Below are positions 36,008 to 45,370 of a stretch of 64,000 bases of DNA, one piece after another. The stretch comes from an uncultured Actinomycetota bacterium (GTDB lineage: Bacteria > Actinomycetota > Actinomycetes > Propionibacteriales > Propionibacteriaceae), in contig CAVSFR010000006.1 in the NCBI GenBank assembly GCA_963727215.1, forward strand, positions 319,761 to 383,760. The letters are read 5' to 3'. The position numbers and the translations under genes were made by a program. Under the pieces are notes generated by a model. The model made no database searches. It had not been told where the DNA came from and worked only from the letters and a program-made list of their open reading frames with translations. How positions within the stretch are numbered: position 1 is the first letter of the stretch; every line of letters starts with the position of its first letter.

Positions 36008-36985
36008 GTGGTCGCCATGCGTCGCACGCCAAAGCCTCCCGCTGAGCTCGTCCATCTTGCCCACTGCCAGCAACAGGTCCTCACCCGGTCACAGCTCCGG
36101 CAGATCGGGCTGAGCCAAGTAGAGATCCGTGCCCAGATTGCGGCCCAGCGCTGGACGACCTGGGGCGCCCACGTGGTCGTGCTGCACAACGCAGAGCCCT
36201 CCCGGCCCCAGCTGATGTGGGCCAGCACTCTCGACGCCGGGCCGCCGACCGCCCTGGTCAGCCACACGGCGCTCGAGCTCGCGGGCTTCCGGGACTTCGC
36301 GCGGGCTGCGGCGGCAGTCCACCTCATGGTGCCGCGCGGCGCGAAGGTGAACCGCCACCCTTCCGTGGTCATCCACGAGTCTCGACGGGTGCAACCGGAA
36401 TTCCACGTTGAGAGGCAAGGGCTGCCCTGCACCGCAACCCCGCGCTCAGCTCTCGACGCGGCGGCCTGGCAATCGTGGCCGCGCTTCGCCTGCGCGATCG
36501 TCGCCGCAGTCGTGCAACAGCGGCTCTGCACCCCTGCGCAGCTCGACGACGCTCTGGCCATCGTCGGACGCATCAGGCACAAGGCCTATCTGCGCGAAGC
36601 TCTTCGCGACATCGCGGGCGGCGCGGAAGCCTTGAGCGAGCTGGACCTGGCCAAGGTGTGTCGTCGGTTCGGCCTGCAGCCCCCCTATCGACAGGTGCGA
36701 CGGCTCGACGCAAACGGTCGACGGCGCTACCTCGACGCCGAGTGGGTGCTTCCGAACGGCGAGCGGGTGCTGCTCGAGGTCGACGGCGCGCACCACGTCG
36801 AGGTGGAGCACTGGCAAGAGGACATGCAGCGCGAGCGGGCGCTTGTCGTCACCGGCTCCCGGGTGTTGCGAGCAACAGCCATGGAGCTCCGCCTCGAGCC
36901 CGCCTCGGTGGTCACCGACCTCGTCCGCGCCGGCGTACCCCGACTTGTCAGAACTCAGTTGTCCCAGAGGGCAACTGGTTTCTGA
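36008..36985 (+). CDS. AbiEi-like wHTH + DUF559/Vsr-like PD-(D/E)XK nuclease protein
   Basis: QQQVLTRSQL N-terminus, TATPRSALD, RYLDAEW, LEVDGAHH, DMQRERAL..G.RVLRAT; stop TGA inside the downstream palindrome. Confidence 0.85.
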   Translation: MVAMRRTPKPPAELVHLAHCQQQVLTRSQLRQIGLSQVEIRAQIAAQRWTTWGAHVVVLHNAEPSRPQLMWASTLDAGPPTALVSHTALELAGFRDFARAAAAVHLMVPRGAKVNRHPSVVIHESRRVQPEFHVERQGLPCTATPRSALDAAAWQSWPRFACAIVAAVVQQRLCTPAQLDDALAIVGRIRHKAYLREALRDIAGGAEALSELDLAKVCRRFGLQPPYRQVRRLDANGRRRYLDAEWVLPNGERVLLEVDGAHHVEVEHWQEDMQRERALVVTGSRVLRATAMELRLEPASVVTDLVRAGVPRLVRTQLSQRATGF

Positions 36986-36993
36986 CAACTCGG
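36940..36993. repeat. 54-bp palindromic element (CAGAA subtype), downstream flank of cassette 1
   Basis: CCGACTTGTCAGAA-CTC-AGTTGTCC-CAGA-GGGCAACT-GGT-TTCTGACAACTCGG. Confidence 0.93.
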
Positions 36994-37002
36994 CTTCGGA
37001 AC

Positions 37003-38079
37003 CTAAACGACGGCCCCGTCCCAGGCGGGCAGGATCACGTCGGTGATCAGGGCGCTGCGCTGGTCGTAGGGCAGGAAGGCGCTCTTGGCCGCGTTCAGGG
37101 TGATCCGGCGCAGATCCGCGAGCTCGTAGCCGAAGTGCTCGACCAGGACGCCGTACTCCCGGGTCAGGCTGGTGCTGCTCATCAGCTGGTTGTCGGAGTT
37201 CGCGGTGACCCGAAAACCGAGGGCGTCGAGGACCTGGAACGGGTGCTCGGCCATGGCGGCGACAGCGCCGGTCTGCACGTTCGAGGAAGGGCAGAGCTCG
37301 AGGGTGATCCGGGCGTCGCGGACGTAGCTGGCCACGGGCCCGAGGCTCGGGGTGCCGTCCTCGGCGAAGGTGATGTCGCTGATGATGCGGACGCCGTGAC
37401 CGATCCGGCGGGCCCCGCAGCCCAGGGCACCGGCGATGGACTCGACGCCGGCCGCCTCGCCGGCGTGGATGGTGAAGGGCATCAGCTGCTCGCGGAGCAG
37501 GGTGAACGCCGGCGCCCAGTCGGCAGCCGGGAAGCCGTCCTCGGGGCCGGCGATGTCGAAACCGGCCACACCCTGCTCGCGGTAGGCCAGCGCCAGCTCG
37601 GCGATCCGGGTGGTGGGCTGCTCGTGCCGCATCGAGTCCAGCAGCTGCCGGACCAGGATCGGCCGGCCGCGTTCCAGGCTGGCGGCCATTCCCTCGGCGA
37701 TGCCGTCGCGGACGGCCTCGACGGCCTCCGCCTCGGTCAGCCCACCCTCGGTCAGCCGCTCCGGGGCGTACCGGGTCTCACCGTAGACGACGCCGTCGGC
37801 CGCCAGGTCCTCGACGAACTCCCGGGCCACCCGGCGGATGTCGGAGGCTCGCTGCATCACCGCGACGGTGTGGTCGAACGTCTCCAGGTAGCGCACCAGC
37901 GAGCCCGAGTCGGCCGACTCGGCGAACCAGCGGCCGAGCGCCTCGGGTGAGTCCGCGGGCAGGGCATGGCCGATCTCGGCCGAGATCTCGAAGACCGTGG
38001 CGGGGCGGACGCCGCCGTCCAGGTGGTCGTGCAGGGAGACCTTGGGCAGCGAGCGCAGCAGGTCGAGGTCGGGGGTCAT
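37003..38079 (-). CDS. add: Adenosine deaminase
   Basis: LPKVSLHDHLDGG, FDIAGPE, TIHAGE, RIGHG, ELCPSSN, NSDN. Confidence 0.94.
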   Translation of the reverse strand: MTPDLDLLRSLPKVSLHDHLDGGVRPATVFEISAEIGHALPADSPEALGRWFAESADSGSLVRYLETFDHTVAVMQRASDIRRVAREFVEDLAADGVVYGETRYAPERLTEGGLTEAEAVEAVRDGIAEGMAASLERGRPILVRQLLDSMRHEQPTTRIAELALAYREQGVAGFDIAGPEDGFPAADWAPAFTLLREQLMPFTIHAGEAAGVESIAGALGCGARRIGHGVRIISDITFAEDGTPSLGPVASYVRDARITLELCPSSNVQTGAVAAMAEHPFQVLDALGFRVTANSDNQLMSSTSLTREYGVLVEHFGYELADLRRITLNAAKSAFLPYDQRSALITDVILPAWDGAVV

Positions 38080-38099
38080 GGAACATCCGTTCGATGGGG

Positions 38100-38540
38100 T
38101 CAGGGGAGGTGGGGGTGGCGCTCGACGGAGTCGAGCTCGGTGGAGCCGAACGCCTGCGGCAGGACCGCGGTCATGGGCACGATGCCGTCGGGCGAGTCGA
38201 CCAGCAGGTCGGGCCCGCCGTTCTCCCACAGCAGCTGACGGCAGCGGCCGCACGGCATCAGCGGCGCGCCGGTCTTGTCGACGCAGGCGAACGCGACCAG
38301 CCGGCCGCCGCCACTGGCGTGCAGGTCCGAGACCAGTCCGCACTCGGCGCACAACGCCACCCCGTACGCGGCGTTCTCGACGTTGCAGCCGGCCACCACG
38401 CGGCCGTCGTCAACCAGCGCGGCCGCCCCCACCTGGTAGTCGGAGTACGGCGCGTACGCGAGCGCGGTCATCGCGCGGGCGCGCGCCCGCAGGTCCGCCC
38501 AGTCGGCGCTGGATGGCCTCGCTCGGCTCGCCTGCATCAT
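38100..38540 (-). CDS. cdd: Cytidine deaminase
   Basis: AYAPYS, GCNVENAAYG, CAECG, PCGRCRQLL. Confidence 0.94.
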   Translation of the reverse strand: MMQASRARPSSADWADLRARARAMTALAYAPYSDYQVGAAALVDDGRVVAGCNVENAAYGVALCAECGLVSDLHASGGGRLVAFACVDKTGAPLMPCGRCRQLLWENGGPDLLVDSPDGIVPMTAVLPQAFGSTELDSVERHPHLP

Positions 38541-39856
38541 TTCTCGTACGCGATGCCGTCGGCGGCCGGCGGACGCACCCGGCCGACCAGTCCGGCGACG
38601 GCGATGATCGTGGCCACATACGGCAGGATCAGCAGGAACTGGCTGGGCATGGGGGTGCTGAGCGTCTGCAGCTGCGAGGCCATCTGGGTGACGAACCCGA
38701 AGAACAGGCACATCAGCGTGGCCAGCACCGGCCGCCAGCGCCCCATGATCACCGCAGCCAGGGCGATGAAGCCGTTGCCGACAGTGAACTCCTTGGAGAA
38801 CGACCCGGTCGAGGCGAGGGTGAAGAAGGAGCCGCCGAGCCCGGCGAACACACCGCCGGCCAGCACCGCCGACCAGCGGATCGCGCGGACGTCGATACCG
38901 ACGGTGTCGACGGCCTCGGGGTGCTCACCGGTGGCGCGAACCCGCAGCCCCCACGTCGTCCGGTACAGCAGCAGCCACACCACCAGCACCGAGACCACGG
39001 CCAGGTAGGCCAGCACCGACTGCGAGAACAGCACCGCACCGAAGAAGGGGATGCCCGACAGCCCGGGGATGGGCAGCGCCTCGAGCACGGGCCCGGAGTT
39101 GTAGACCTCAGACGCCGGCTGGACCAGCTGGTCGAAGAGGAAGCCGGTGATGCCGACGGCGAGCAGGTTGAGCACGACACCGAGGACGACCTGGTTGACC
39201 AGGTAGTTGATCGCGAACAGGGCGAGCAGCGCGGCCATGGCCACACCTGCCACCACGGCGGCGACCATCGCAGCGACGACCGACTGGGTCAGGCTGCCGA
39301 CCACCGCAGCGGCGAAGGCGGCGCTGAGGAACTGGCCCTCGATCGAGACGTTCACCACGCCGGCCCGCTCGCAGAGCACCCCGCACAGCGCTCCCAGGAC
39401 CAGCGGGGTGGCCAGTGAGAGGGTGCCGGCGAACTGGTTGCTCACCGGGAACGGCAGGTCACGGCCCGCTGCGGCCCAGGTGAGAAAGCCGAGGATGACC
39501 GCGACGCCGGCCACCGTCCCGGCCAAGGCGGGCAGCCGTCCGCGCAGGCGACCCGACAGGAAGCCGGCCGCGGCCAGCAGGCAGACGACGGCGCAGGCCG
39601 CGACCGTGCCCAGGCCCGGCACGGACACGGTCGGCAGCTGGACCTCGTCGAACGCGTTGGACAGCGCGAACCGGGCCACGCCGGTGGTGGAGGCGAGGCT
39701 GACCAGGAGCAGCACCCCGACGACACCGATCAGGGCTCCGGTGGACAGTCGCTGCTTGCGCTTCTCACGCGACTCGACCCGGCCCGAGCTGCCGCCTCGA
39801 GGGTTGCGGCCGGGCTTCGCGGCGGGGCCGGCTGCGGGGCGGGCGACGGTGCTCAT
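38537..39856 (-). CDS. Nucleoside-type ABC transporter permease
   Basis: CERAGVVNVSIEGQ, GLRVRATGEHPEAVDTVG, GFIALAAVIMGRW, PYVATII. Confidence 0.9.
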   Translation of the reverse strand: MSTVARPAAGPAAKPGRNPRGGSSGRVESREKRKQRLSTGALIGVVGVLLLVSLASTTGVARFALSNAFDEVQLPTVSVPGLGTVAACAVVCLLAAAGFLSGRLRGRLPALAGTVAGVAVILGFLTWAAAGRDLPFPVSNQFAGTLSLATPLVLGALCGVLCERAGVVNVSIEGQFLSAAFAAAVVGSLTQSVVAAMVAAVVAGVAMAALLALFAINYLVNQVVLGVVLNLLAVGITGFLFDQLVQPASEVYNSGPVLEALPIPGLSGIPFFGAVLFSQSVLAYLAVVSVLVVWLLLYRTTWGLRVRATGEHPEAVDTVGIDVRAIRWSAVLAGGVFAGLGGSFFTLASTGSFSKEFTVGNGFIALAAVIMGRWRPVLATLMCLFFGFVTQMASQLQTLSTPMPSQFLLILPYVATIIAVAGLVGRVRPPAADGIAYEK

Positions 39857-41040
39857 GCCAGTCCTCCCTCGGCCGAGGGTCCAACCGGTCGCAGCCGTCG
39901 GCCATGGAGGAACGGCAGCACCTTGGCGACCAGGGCGGGTGCGGCCACGAAGAGCACGATCAGCGCCTGCAGAGCAGTGGTCAGGGTCAGCGGGGTCTGG
40001 GCGACGCTCTGCATCGCCAGGCCGCCGGCGTGCAGCGCCCCGAAGAGCAGCCCCGCCAGCACGATCCCCAACGGCTTCGAGCGGCCGAGCAGGGCCACGG
40101 TGATGGCGTCGAAGCCCACCGAGCCGACGATGCCCGCCGAGAGGGGCACGGGGACGCCGGACGCGCTCGGTCCGAGCGCCGCCTGCACTCCCGCCAGACC
40201 GGCGAGCGCCCCGGCCGCCGACATGGTGATGATCGTCGTCCGGGCCACGCTCATCCCGGCGGTCGCGGCCGCGTGCGGGTTGGCGCCGACGGCACGGATG
40301 GCGAAGCCGGTGGTCGAGCGGTCGAGCAGCCACCAGACGCCGAGAGCCGCGAGCAGCGCCACCACGAAGCCGAGGTGCAGCTGGCCGCCCTCGAGCCGCG
40401 GGAAGGTCGCGTTCCAGTCGACGACCGGTGAGATGGGGTCCGTCCGGCCGGGACGGAGGAACGCCGACGTGGTGAGCAGGTAGCCGAGTACCCCGGCGGC
40501 GATGTAGTTCATCATGATCGTCACGATCACCTCGTGGGCACCCGCGCGGGCCTTCAACCAGCCGACGATGCCGCCCCAGGCCCCGCCGCCGACCAGGCCC
40601 CCGAGCAGCGCGACCAGCAGGTGGATCCCCGGCGGCAGGTGCCAGCTGAAGCCGATGTAGGCCGCCACGATGGCCCCGAGGATCGCCTGTCCCTGGGCGC
40701 CGATGTTGAACAGGCCTGCCCGGAACGCCAGCCCCACACCGAGGCCGGCGCAGATCAGCGGCGCAGCCTGGGCGGTGGTCAGGGTCAGCGGACCGTACCC
40801 GCCGACCGCGCCGCGGAGCAGGGCCGCGTACGCGCCGCCGACCTTGTCCCAGGAGGCGGTCAGGGCGTCGGAGGGTCGGGCGAAGAAGTAGGCGAAGGTA
40901 CGCCGCACCTCGGTGTCGGACACGATCATCAGCACCGCGCCGACGACGAAAGCGAGCACGAAGGCGGCCAGGGTGGTGACGACCTCGGTCCAGGGCACCC
41001 GGCCGGAAAAGCCCCGGGTCGAGCGGATCGGGCGGCTCAC
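39853..41040 (-). CDS. Nucleoside-type ABC transporter permease
   Basis: AFRAGLFNIGAQGQ, HEVIVTIMMNY, GFAIRAVGANP, GFDAITVALLG. Confidence 0.9.
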   Translation of the reverse strand: MSRPIRSTRGFSGRVPWTEVVTTLAAFVLAFVVGAVLMIVSDTEVRRTFAYFFARPSDALTASWDKVGGAYAALLRGAVGGYGPLTLTTAQAAPLICAGLGVGLAFRAGLFNIGAQGQAILGAIVAAYIGFSWHLPPGIHLLVALLGGLVGGGAWGGIVGWLKARAGAHEVIVTIMMNYIAAGVLGYLLTTSAFLRPGRTDPISPVVDWNATFPRLEGGQLHLGFVVALLAALGVWWLLDRSTTGFAIRAVGANPHAAATAGMSVARTTIITMSAAGALAGLAGVQAALGPSASGVPVPLSAGIVGSVGFDAITVALLGRSKPLGIVLAGLLFGALHAGGLAMQSVAQTPLTLTTALQALIVLFVAAPALVAKVLPFLHGRRLRPVGPSAEGGLA

Positions 41041-42644
41041 CGCAGCTCCTTCGTCGTGGTCGTCGGGGGACGCCCGATCGTGGGTGCCGCGGGGGTGGGA
41101 GTGCCGGCGCCGGAAGCACCGGCGGCCAGGGCCTCCTCGGGCGGCACACCAGCCATCATCAGTCCGAGCACCTCGCGCGAGGTGCTCGGCGGCACGATCC
41201 CGACGATCCGGCCGCGGTACATCACCGCCACCCGGTCCGCGAGAGCCGCCACCTCGTCGAGCTCGGTCGAGACGATCAGCACGGCGGTGCCGCGGTCGCG
41301 CTCGGTGACCAACCGGCGGTGCAGGAACTCGATGGCCCCGACGTCGACGCCGCGGGTCGGCTGGCTGGCGACCAGCGCCGACAGCGGCCGAGACAGCTCG
41401 CGGGCCAGCACCACCTTCTGCTGGTTGCCGCCCGAGAGCGAGCCGACCGGGCTGTCGACGGACTGGGTGCGGATGTCGAACTCCGCCACCCGCTCCTCGG
41501 CGTTGCGCCTGATCTGCGGCAGGTCCAGCGCGATGCCCTTGGCGAACGGCGGCTCGTCGGCATGGTTGAGCACGAGGTTCTCGGCGACGCTGAAGCTGCC
41601 CACGAAGCCGTCGGTCTGCCGGTCCTCGGGCACGAACCCGACCCCGGCGCGGATGGTCGCGTGCGGCGAGCCGGTGCGCATCGGCCGCCCGTCGAGGAGC
41701 ACCCGGCCGGCCGTCACCGGGACGGTGCCCAGCAGGGCCTCCGCCAGCTCGGTCTGGCCGTTGCCCTGCACCCCGGCGACACAGACGATCTCCCCGCCCG
41801 CCACGGACAGGTCGAGGTCCACCACGGCCAGGCTGCCGTTGGGGCTGGCGACCGAGACGCCCTCTAGCACCAGCCGCGGCTCGCCGCTCGGCCGAGCGGG
41901 CTGCTTGTCCACGACGAGGTTGACCGCGCGGCCCACCATCAGCTCGGCCAGCGAGGACTCGGAGTCCGTCGGGCTCGCCGTCCCCACCACCTGGCCGCGG
42001 CGGACGACGGTGATCCGGTCGGCGATCGCGCGGACCTCGCGCAGCTTGTGGGTGATGAAGACGATGGCCTTGCCCTCGTCCCGCAGTGAGCGCATCACCT
42101 CGATCAGCTCGTCGATCTCCTGCGGCGTCAGCACGGCGGTCGGCTCGTCGAAGATCAGGTACTTCGCGTCGTTGGCCAGCGCCTTGAGGATCTCGACCCG
42201 CTGCTGGATGCCCACCGGGAGGTCCTCGACCAGCGCGTCCGGGTCGACGTCGAGTGAGTAGCGGGCCGACAGCTCGCGCACGGTACGCCGGGCCTGCCGC
42301 ATGTTCAGCAGCCCACGCCCCTCGCCGCCCAGGGCCAGGTTCTCCGCGACGGTGAAGACGTCGACCAGCATGAAGTGCTGGTGCACCATCCCGATCCCGG
42401 CGGCGATCGCCTCCTTGGGACTGCGGTAGACCTGCGGTCGGCCGTCCACGGTGATCTCGCCCTCGTCGGGCTGGAGCAGCCCGTAGAGCACGTTCATCAG
42501 GGTCGACTTACCGGCCCCGTTCTCCCCCAGCAGGCAGTGGATCTCGCCAGGCACGATGTCGAGGTCGATGGCAGAGTTGGCGACCAGGGAGCCGAAGCGT
42601 TTGGTGATCCCGCGCAGCCGCAGGCCCGGGGCGGTGTCGGTCAC
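41037..42644 (-). CDS. Nucleoside/sugar-type ABC transporter ATP-binding protein (two NBDs)
   Basis: GENGAGKST, GIGMVHQHF, FDEPTAVLT, LSGGNQQK, QPTRGVDVG. Confidence 0.94.
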   Translation of the reverse strand: MTDTAPGLRLRGITKRFGSLVANSAIDLDIVPGEIHCLLGENGAGKSTLMNVLYGLLQPDEGEITVDGRPQVYRSPKEAIAAGIGMVHQHFMLVDVFTVAENLALGGEGRGLLNMRQARRTVRELSARYSLDVDPDALVEDLPVGIQQRVEILKALANDAKYLIFDEPTAVLTPQEIDELIEVMRSLRDEGKAIVFITHKLREVRAIADRITVVRRGQVVGTASPTDSESSLAELMVGRAVNLVVDKQPARPSGEPRLVLEGVSVASPNGSLAVVDLDLSVAGGEIVCVAGVQGNGQTELAEALLGTVPVTAGRVLLDGRPMRTGSPHATIRAGVGFVPEDRQTDGFVGSFSVAENLVLNHADEPPFAKGIALDLPQIRRNAEERVAEFDIRTQSVDSPVGSLSGGNQQKVVLARELSRPLSALVASQPTRGVDVGAIEFLHRRLVTERDRGTAVLIVSTELDEVAALADRVAVMYRGRIVGIVPPSTSREVLGLMMAGVPPEEALAAGASGAGTPTPAAPTIGRPPTTTTKELR

Positions 42645-42676
42645 CGTGGCAGTCCTTCCCGATGAGGGGTGAGAAG

Positions 42677-42724
42677 GACCGGGTGGACCCGGGCCAGGAC
42701 CAGCCGGCTCGGGTCTACCCGATC
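42677..42724. terminator. Intercistronic stem-loop after the bmp gene
   Basis: GGGTGGACCCG...CGGGTCTACCC inverted repeat. Confidence 0.45.
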
Positions 42725-42743
42725 CCTCTCGGGAGCGGGTTGC

Positions 42744-43862
42744 TCAGGAGCTGGGCTGGGACTTCGACTCGATGGTGATCGCGCCCGACATGATGTCAGC
42801 CTTGATCTTGTCGAGCTCGGTCTTCAGCTCGGCCGGGACCTTGGAGTCGTACTCGTGGAACGGCGCCAGGCCGGTGCCGGAGTTGTCCAGGGTGCCGACG
42901 AAGGGCTCGCTGCTGTAGCTGTCGTCCTTGGCGGCCTTGATGACGTCGGAGACGGCCACGTCCATGCCCTTGTAGACGCTGGAGATGATCTGCGGGCAGT
43001 AGGTCTCGGCGCTCACGCAGCCGTCGGTGTCGACCCAGATGGCGTTGACCTTGCCACCGCTGGTCTTCGCGGCCTGCAGCGCACCGATCCCGGCGGGACC
43101 GGCGACCGGGAACACGATGTCGGCGCCCTGACTGATCAGGCCCTGCGCCACACGCTGGCCGTCCTTCTGCGACTCGAAGCCGCCGACGAACTGGCCGTCC
43201 TGCTTGGCGGCGTCCCAGCCGAGCACCTGCACGTCGGCGCTCTTCTGCTTGTTGTAGTACGCCACGCCCTGGGTGAAGCCGTCCATGAAGATCGTCACGG
43301 TGGGGATCTTGACGCCGCCGAACGTGCCGACCTTCTTGGTCTGGGTGGTGCCGGCGGCCAGGTAGCCCGCCATGAAGCTGGACTGGGCGGTGTTGAAGAC
43401 CAGGGGCTTGAGGTTCTTGACGCCCTTGTAGGCCTTCGGATCGTTGTTGTCGACGATCGCGAACTTGATGTCGGGATTCTTCTTGGCGGCGGCCACGGTG
43501 TCGTCACTCAGCAGGAAGCCCACCGTGACGATGATGTTGCACTTCGCGTCGACCATCGACTGGATGTTCCCCGCGAAGTCGGCGGCGTCCTTCGACTCCA
43601 CCTCCCCGGTCTCGATCCCGAGCTGTGAGGCGGCGTCGGTCATGCCCTTGTAGGAGGTCTGGTTGAACGACTTGTCGTCGAACCCGCCCGAGTCGGAGAC
43701 CATGCAGGCCTTGAAGTCGGACGCACCTGCGCTGGCGCTGGCGCTCGCAGCTCCGCTCGGCGCCGCCGACGGGCTCTCGGTGCCAGGCGCGGAGGCGCAG
43801 CTGGCCAGGGTCAGGGCGAGCGCAGCGCTGAGCGCTGAGCCGACGAACAAGGACTTCTTCAC
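42744..43862 (-). CDS. BMP-family ABC substrate-binding lipoprotein (purine nucleoside type)
   Basis: Lipobox LASC; GGFDDKSFNQ, GYLAA, QGADIVFPVAG, IWVDTD; GGAGG RBS before GTG. Confidence 0.92.
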   Translation of the reverse strand: MKKSLFVGSALSAALALTLASCASAPGTESPSAAPSGAASASASAGASDFKACMVSDSGGFDDKSFNQTSYKGMTDAASQLGIETGEVESKDAADFAGNIQSMVDAKCNIIVTVGFLLSDDTVAAAKKNPDIKFAIVDNNDPKAYKGVKNLKPLVFNTAQSSFMAGYLAAGTTQTKKVGTFGGVKIPTVTIFMDGFTQGVAYYNKQKSADVQVLGWDAAKQDGQFVGGFESQKDGQRVAQGLISQGADIVFPVAGPAGIGALQAAKTSGGKVNAIWVDTDGCVSAETYCPQIISSVYKGMDVAVSDVIKAAKDDSYSSEPFVGTLDNSGTGLAPFHEYDSKVPAELKTELDKIKADIMSGAITIESKSQPSS

Positions 43863-44038
43863 CGAACGGCCTCCTGTGCAGGGACGAATCTTGCGCGCCA
43901 GGCCGCCGAGCAGTGCAGCTTTGCCCCCGGGGCACGCGCTTGCCGCACAGACTAACGGCTGGAGCCCACAATCCCGACCTGCCGCATGGGTCCTCCCGGC
44001 GAGCGTCGGGCAGGGCGGGCGCGAGCCGGACAACAGCG

Positions 44039-45262
44039 TCAGATGCCGGGGCGCTCGGCGGAGGACGCGACGTCGGCGAGCACCTTCAACCCGACCGGGA
44101 TGCAGGCCTCGTCGGCGACGAATCCCGGCTGGTGGATGTCCGGGCAGGAAGCCGCGCCGACCGGCCGGACGCCGAGCCGGGCCAGCGCGCCCGGCACCTG
44201 CTGCAGCATCCAGGAGAAGTCCTCGCCGCCGAGGGACTGCTCGGTGGCGGTCACGCCGTGGGGACCGAGCATCTCCTCCGCCGCCCGGGTCAGCCGGCGG
44301 ACGCCCTTGACGTGGTTGACCGCCGGCGGCACGCCGTCCTGCACGGTGACCTCGGCCTCCAGGCCGAACGGCCGCACGACCTGGGCGACGAGCTCGGGGA
44401 CCAGGGCCTTGGCCAGCGTCCAGCCCGGGACGTCGAGCGCGCGCAGCGTGCCCTCGATCTCTCCCGAGCTCGGGATGGCGTTGGCCACGGAGCCGGCGTT
44501 GATCCGGCCCCACATCAACGAGACCCCGCTACGCGGGTCCACGCGGCGCGAGAGCAGCAGCTGCATCTCGGTGGCCAGCGCCCCAAGAGCACCCACGACG
44601 TCCTGGGTCAGGTGAGGCCGCGACGTGTGGCCGCCGGTACCGGTCAGGGTGACCTTGACCTGGTCGACCGCCGACGTGATCGGGCCGGACTTGAGGGCGA
44701 TCCGCCCCACCTCCGTCCGCGGGTCGCAGTGCAGTGCGTAGATCTCGGTCAGGTCGCTGAGGACACCGCCCTCGATGGCATCGACCGCGCCACCCGGGTT
44801 GGTCTCCTCGGCCGGCTGGAAGATCAGCCGGACGCCCCGGCTCAGCAGCCCGGCGTCGCGGAGCTGGGTCAGTGTCAGCCCGACCCCGAGCAGGATGGTG
44901 GTGTGCACGTCGTGACCGCACGCGTGGGCCACACCGGGGTTGACCGAGGCGAAGTCGAGGTCGGTGCGCTCGGCGATCGGCAGCGCGTCGATGTCGGCCC
45001 GCAGCCCGACGAGGCCGCTCGCGTAGTCGAAGCCCTGGGGCAGCACGTCGCAGTAGGCGCCCGTGCCGACGGGCAGAACCTTGGCCACCAGCCCGGCCTG
45101 CTCGAGCGCGGAGACGATCCGGTCGGTGGTCCGGTGCTCTCGGTGGCCGATCTCGGGGTGCGCGTGAATGTCGCGGCGGAAGGTCACCAGCTGCTCGCAG
45201 AGCGCGTCTGCGGTGCGGTCGATGAGGGCGCGGCGGAGGGCGTCGCTCGCGGTGGTGGACAT
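44039..45262 (-). CDS. M20D amidohydrolase (AmiA/AmiB-like)
   Basis: RRDIHAHPE, LRADIDALP, HACGHDVH, IFQPAEE, GGHTSRPH, GEDFS. Confidence 0.9.
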   Translation of the reverse strand: MSTTASDALRRALIDRTADALCEQLVTFRRDIHAHPEIGHREHRTTDRIVSALEQAGLVAKVLPVGTGAYCDVLPQGFDYASGLVGLRADIDALPIAERTDLDFASVNPGVAHACGHDVHTTILLGVGLTLTQLRDAGLLSRGVRLIFQPAEETNPGGAVDAIEGGVLSDLTEIYALHCDPRTEVGRIALKSGPITSAVDQVKVTLTGTGGHTSRPHLTQDVVGALGALATEMQLLLSRRVDPRSGVSLMWGRINAGSVANAIPSSGEIEGTLRALDVPGWTLAKALVPELVAQVVRPFGLEAEVTVQDGVPPAVNHVKGVRRLTRAAEEMLGPHGVTATEQSLGGEDFSWMLQQVPGALARLGVRPVGAASCPDIHQPGFVADEACIPVGLKVLADVASSAERPGI

Positions 45263-45370
45263 TCTGACCAGTCTCGCACGGCCGGTCGGCTCGGCCGGGG
45301 CCGTCCGCGGATCGGTAACGCAACCTTCATCGTGCCCGGCACTTCTGTCCTGGTCAGGGAGGATGGCGGG

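Larger units (their letters stand above)
35875..36993 (+). mobile_element. Putative REPtron-like cassette 1: palindrome - nuclease gene - palindrome
   Basis: Gene bracketed by two 54-bp palindromes (5 mismatches when compared as inverted copies); mobility is inferred, not shown. Confidence 0.5.

Noticed and set aside
43870-44035. Riboswitch upstream of the nucleoside ABC operon
   Set aside because: GC hairpins are present but I recognise no purine or other riboswitch consensus; an Rfam/Infernal scan would be decisive
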